From Candidatus Aquidulcis sp. (GTDB taxonomy: Bacteria > Chloroflexota > Anaerolineae > UBA4142), in the NCBI GenBank assembly GCA_020723345.1, contig DYJA01000002.1, forward strand, positions 137,544 through 201,543: a stretch of 64,000 nt of DNA. The letters run 5' to 3'. The notes beneath the pieces were generated by a model. That model saw nothing but the letters and a program-made list of their open reading frames with translations, was not told where the DNA came from and ran no database searches. Shown one piece after another: positions 62,312-64,000 of this stretch (position 1 is the first letter of the stretch; the number at the start of each line of letters is the position of its first letter). The translations under genes and the position numbers were made by a program.

Positions 62312-64000
62312 TTACAGATTACACACCCGCACCGCCGTCTCGATAACGCCCGCGCGTCCGTCGCGATACTTGACCTGCGCGCTGACGCGCACTTCGGATT
62401 TGCCGCCGTACATCGCCTCGATCAAATCGCGATAGCGCTCTTCCATCACGTTGCGGCGCAGTTTGCGTGTGCGCGTCAGATCGCCTTCGTCGGGATCGAA
62501 TTCCTTGTGGAGCAGGACGAAACTTTTGACGCGCGCAGGCGGCGGCAGCGCTTCGTTCACGCGCGCGACATCCTGCTTGATCAGATCGTACACTTCGGTT
62601 TTCTGCGAAAGGTCGACGAAGGTGGTGTACGTCAAACGATTCTTTTCCGCCCAGCGACCCACGTTCGCAAAATCGATGTTGACGATTGCCGTGACGAACG
62701 CGCGCTCGCGCCCGCCGACGACCATCACGTCCTTGACGTACTGGCTGAACTTGAGTCGCCCTTCGATAAATTGCGGGGAGAATTTGTCGCCGGTCGCGAG
62801 GTCCAGCAAGTCCTTCACGCGATCGAGGTAAATCAAATGTCCGTCGTCGCGCAAATATCCGGCGTCGCCGGTGTGAAACCATCCGTCTTCCAATGCCTTG
62901 GCGGTCGCTTCGGGATTTTTGTAATAGCCCTGGAACACGGATTTGCTCTTGACGACGATTTCGCCTTCGGGTGTGATGCGGAGTTGCACAGCAGGCGGCG
63001 GCACGCCGACTGATTCAAATTTCACGTCGTTGCCGACATGCAAGGTGTGAATAATCGCTTCGGTGGAGCCGAAGAGGTTGCGAATGTTGACGCCGAGCGC
63101 GCGGAAAAAGCGGACGACATCCGGGCTGAGCGCCGCGCCGGAACTGTACGCCGATTTTACGCGGCTCAAGCCCAGTTTGTCGCGCAGCGCGGCAAAGATC
63201 GCGATCTCGCCGAGCCAGCCCAGGAATTGCCAGACGATTGGCACGCTGCCCTTGCCAAAGCGCAGATCGGCGACGCGATAGCCGATGGGCATGAACGTGT
63301 GGTACAGCGCGCGATTGATCCACGACGTATCCGCGATGCGCGCTTGCACCATTGAGACGAGCGATTCCCACAAGCGCGCGCTGAACAAGAGCGCGTGCGG
63401 CGAAATCTCGCGCAGATTTTCTTGCACCGTTTCGGGTTCTTCGGGAAAATTGATGACCATGCCGTCTATCACGTGGATCGCCAGTCCCAAAACATTTTCG
63501 GTGATCCACGCGGGCGGGAGAAACGAAAGATACTCGTCGGTGTCGAGGCGGCGATCTACGCTCGAGGAAATTTCCGCGCCGCCGATTAAATTCTTGTGCG
63601 CGATCATTGCGCCTTTGGGCACTCCCGTCGTGCCGGAGGTGTAACAGAAGATCGCGAGGTCGGCGCCTGTGCCTTGCGCGAGGCGTTCGTCAAAGCAAGT
63701 CGGCGCGCGCTGATCGAGTTTGTGTCCCGATGCAATCAGCGCATCAAAACTCATCAGCCATTCGCCGCCATAGTTCCACAATCCCCGGTCTTGCCAGTAG
63801 ATCGCGCGCCGAATTGCGGGAACGTTCGCGCGAATTTCGAGCATCTTGTCGCACTGTTCTTGATCTTTGGCGAAGACGAGGACGGAATCGGAGTGCTGCA
63901 CGATGTACTGAATTTCGGCAGGCGTGCTGTCGGTGAAGATACCGACCGCGATCCCGCCGCACGCCTGCACCGCGAGTTGCGCCCAGAAATATTCGGGATC
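62312..64000 (-). CDS. AMP-binding acyl-CoA ligase (long-chain-fatty-acid-CoA-ligase-like), N-terminus beyond window edge
   Basis: IFCYTSGTTGVPKGAM, GWFHTGDAGY, LDRVKDLL. The frame stays open to position 64000. Confidence 0.9.
   Translation of the reverse strand, partial: DPEYFWAQLAVQACGGIAVGIFTDSTPAEIQYIVQHSDSVLVFAKDQEQCDKMLEIRANVPAIRRAIYWQDRGLWNYGGEWLMSFDALIASGHKLDQRAPTCFDERLAQGTGADLAIFCYTSGTTGVPKGAMIAHKNLIGGAEISSSVDRRLDTDEYLSFLPPAWITENVLGLAIHVIDGMVINFPEEPETVQENLREISPHALLFSARLWESLVSMVQARIADTSWINRALYHTFMPIGYRVADLRFGKGSVPIVWQFLGWLGEIAIFAALRDKLGLSRVKSAYSSGAALSPDVVRFFRALGVNIRNLFGSTEAIIHTLHVGNDVKFESVGVPPPAVQLRITPEGEIVVKSKSVFQGYYKNPEATAKALEDGWFHTGDAGYLRDDGHLIYLDRVKDLLDLATGDKFSPQFIEGRLKFSQYVKDVMVVGGRERAFVTAIVNIDFANVGRWAEKNRLTYTTFVDLSQKTEVYDLIKQDVARVNEALPPPARVKSFVLLHKEFDPDEGDLTRTRKLRRNVMEERYRDLIEAMYGGKSEVRVSAQVKYRDGRAGVIETAVRVCNL

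Overview
64 kb chromosomal window from a GC-rich bacterium. Gene content, Pro/Thr-rich lipoprotein linkers and the repeat load suggest a filamentous Chloroflexota-like organism, but that is inference only. All calls come from reading the ORF translations and the DNA for family motifs; no similarity search was run. Housekeeping content: two sugar ABC permeases; a response regulator and hybrid histidine kinase pair; hisS followed by tRNA-His and tRNA-Arg; folate/C1 genes (cyclodeaminase-like protein, fhs); three class-III aminotransferase or dehydrogenase genes; a cell-envelope glycosylation block (TagA-like GT, Dpm1-like GT2, and a 1372-aa YfhO-type GT-C fused to a Wzx-type flippase); rpsU; a TauE exporter; a lipoprotein decaheme cytochrome c; PadR; MFS; a tandem glycine riboswitch driving an unusual glycine-cleavage operon (orphan ORF, SHMT-GcvT fusion, MazF toxin-antitoxin pair, gcvH, glyA, gcvPA, gcvPB); plsC; a DAG-kinase-like lipid kinase; aspS behind a probable T-box leader; and a PaaK/Liv-type ABC/acyl-CoA ligase cluster. 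The main candidate for a novel system is a two-gene module present twice within 12 kb (41787-44878 and 49158-53980). It pairs a SIR2-like protein with a STAND-like P-loop NTPase that carries one TM helix and a predicted extracytoplasmic C-terminal domain. That domain is a cysteine-less FGE-sulfatase fold in copy 1 and a homogenised 15-16 repeat WD40 array in copy 2. Copy 2 appears split by a hairpin repeat and is bracketed by two direct copies of a GTAGGGGCGAA-type element. The second theme is heavy colonisation by hairpin repeat families: REP-like GTAGG...CCTAC hairpins and long palindromes built from short tandem motifs. Some of these sit in frame inside genes, one with a clear 13-bp target duplication, and some donate C-terminal codons and stop codons to unrelated genes. 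A small AT-richer islet next to the tRNAs carries a DUF4041/T5orf172 protein. No CRISPR array, integrase, transposase or rRNA was seen.
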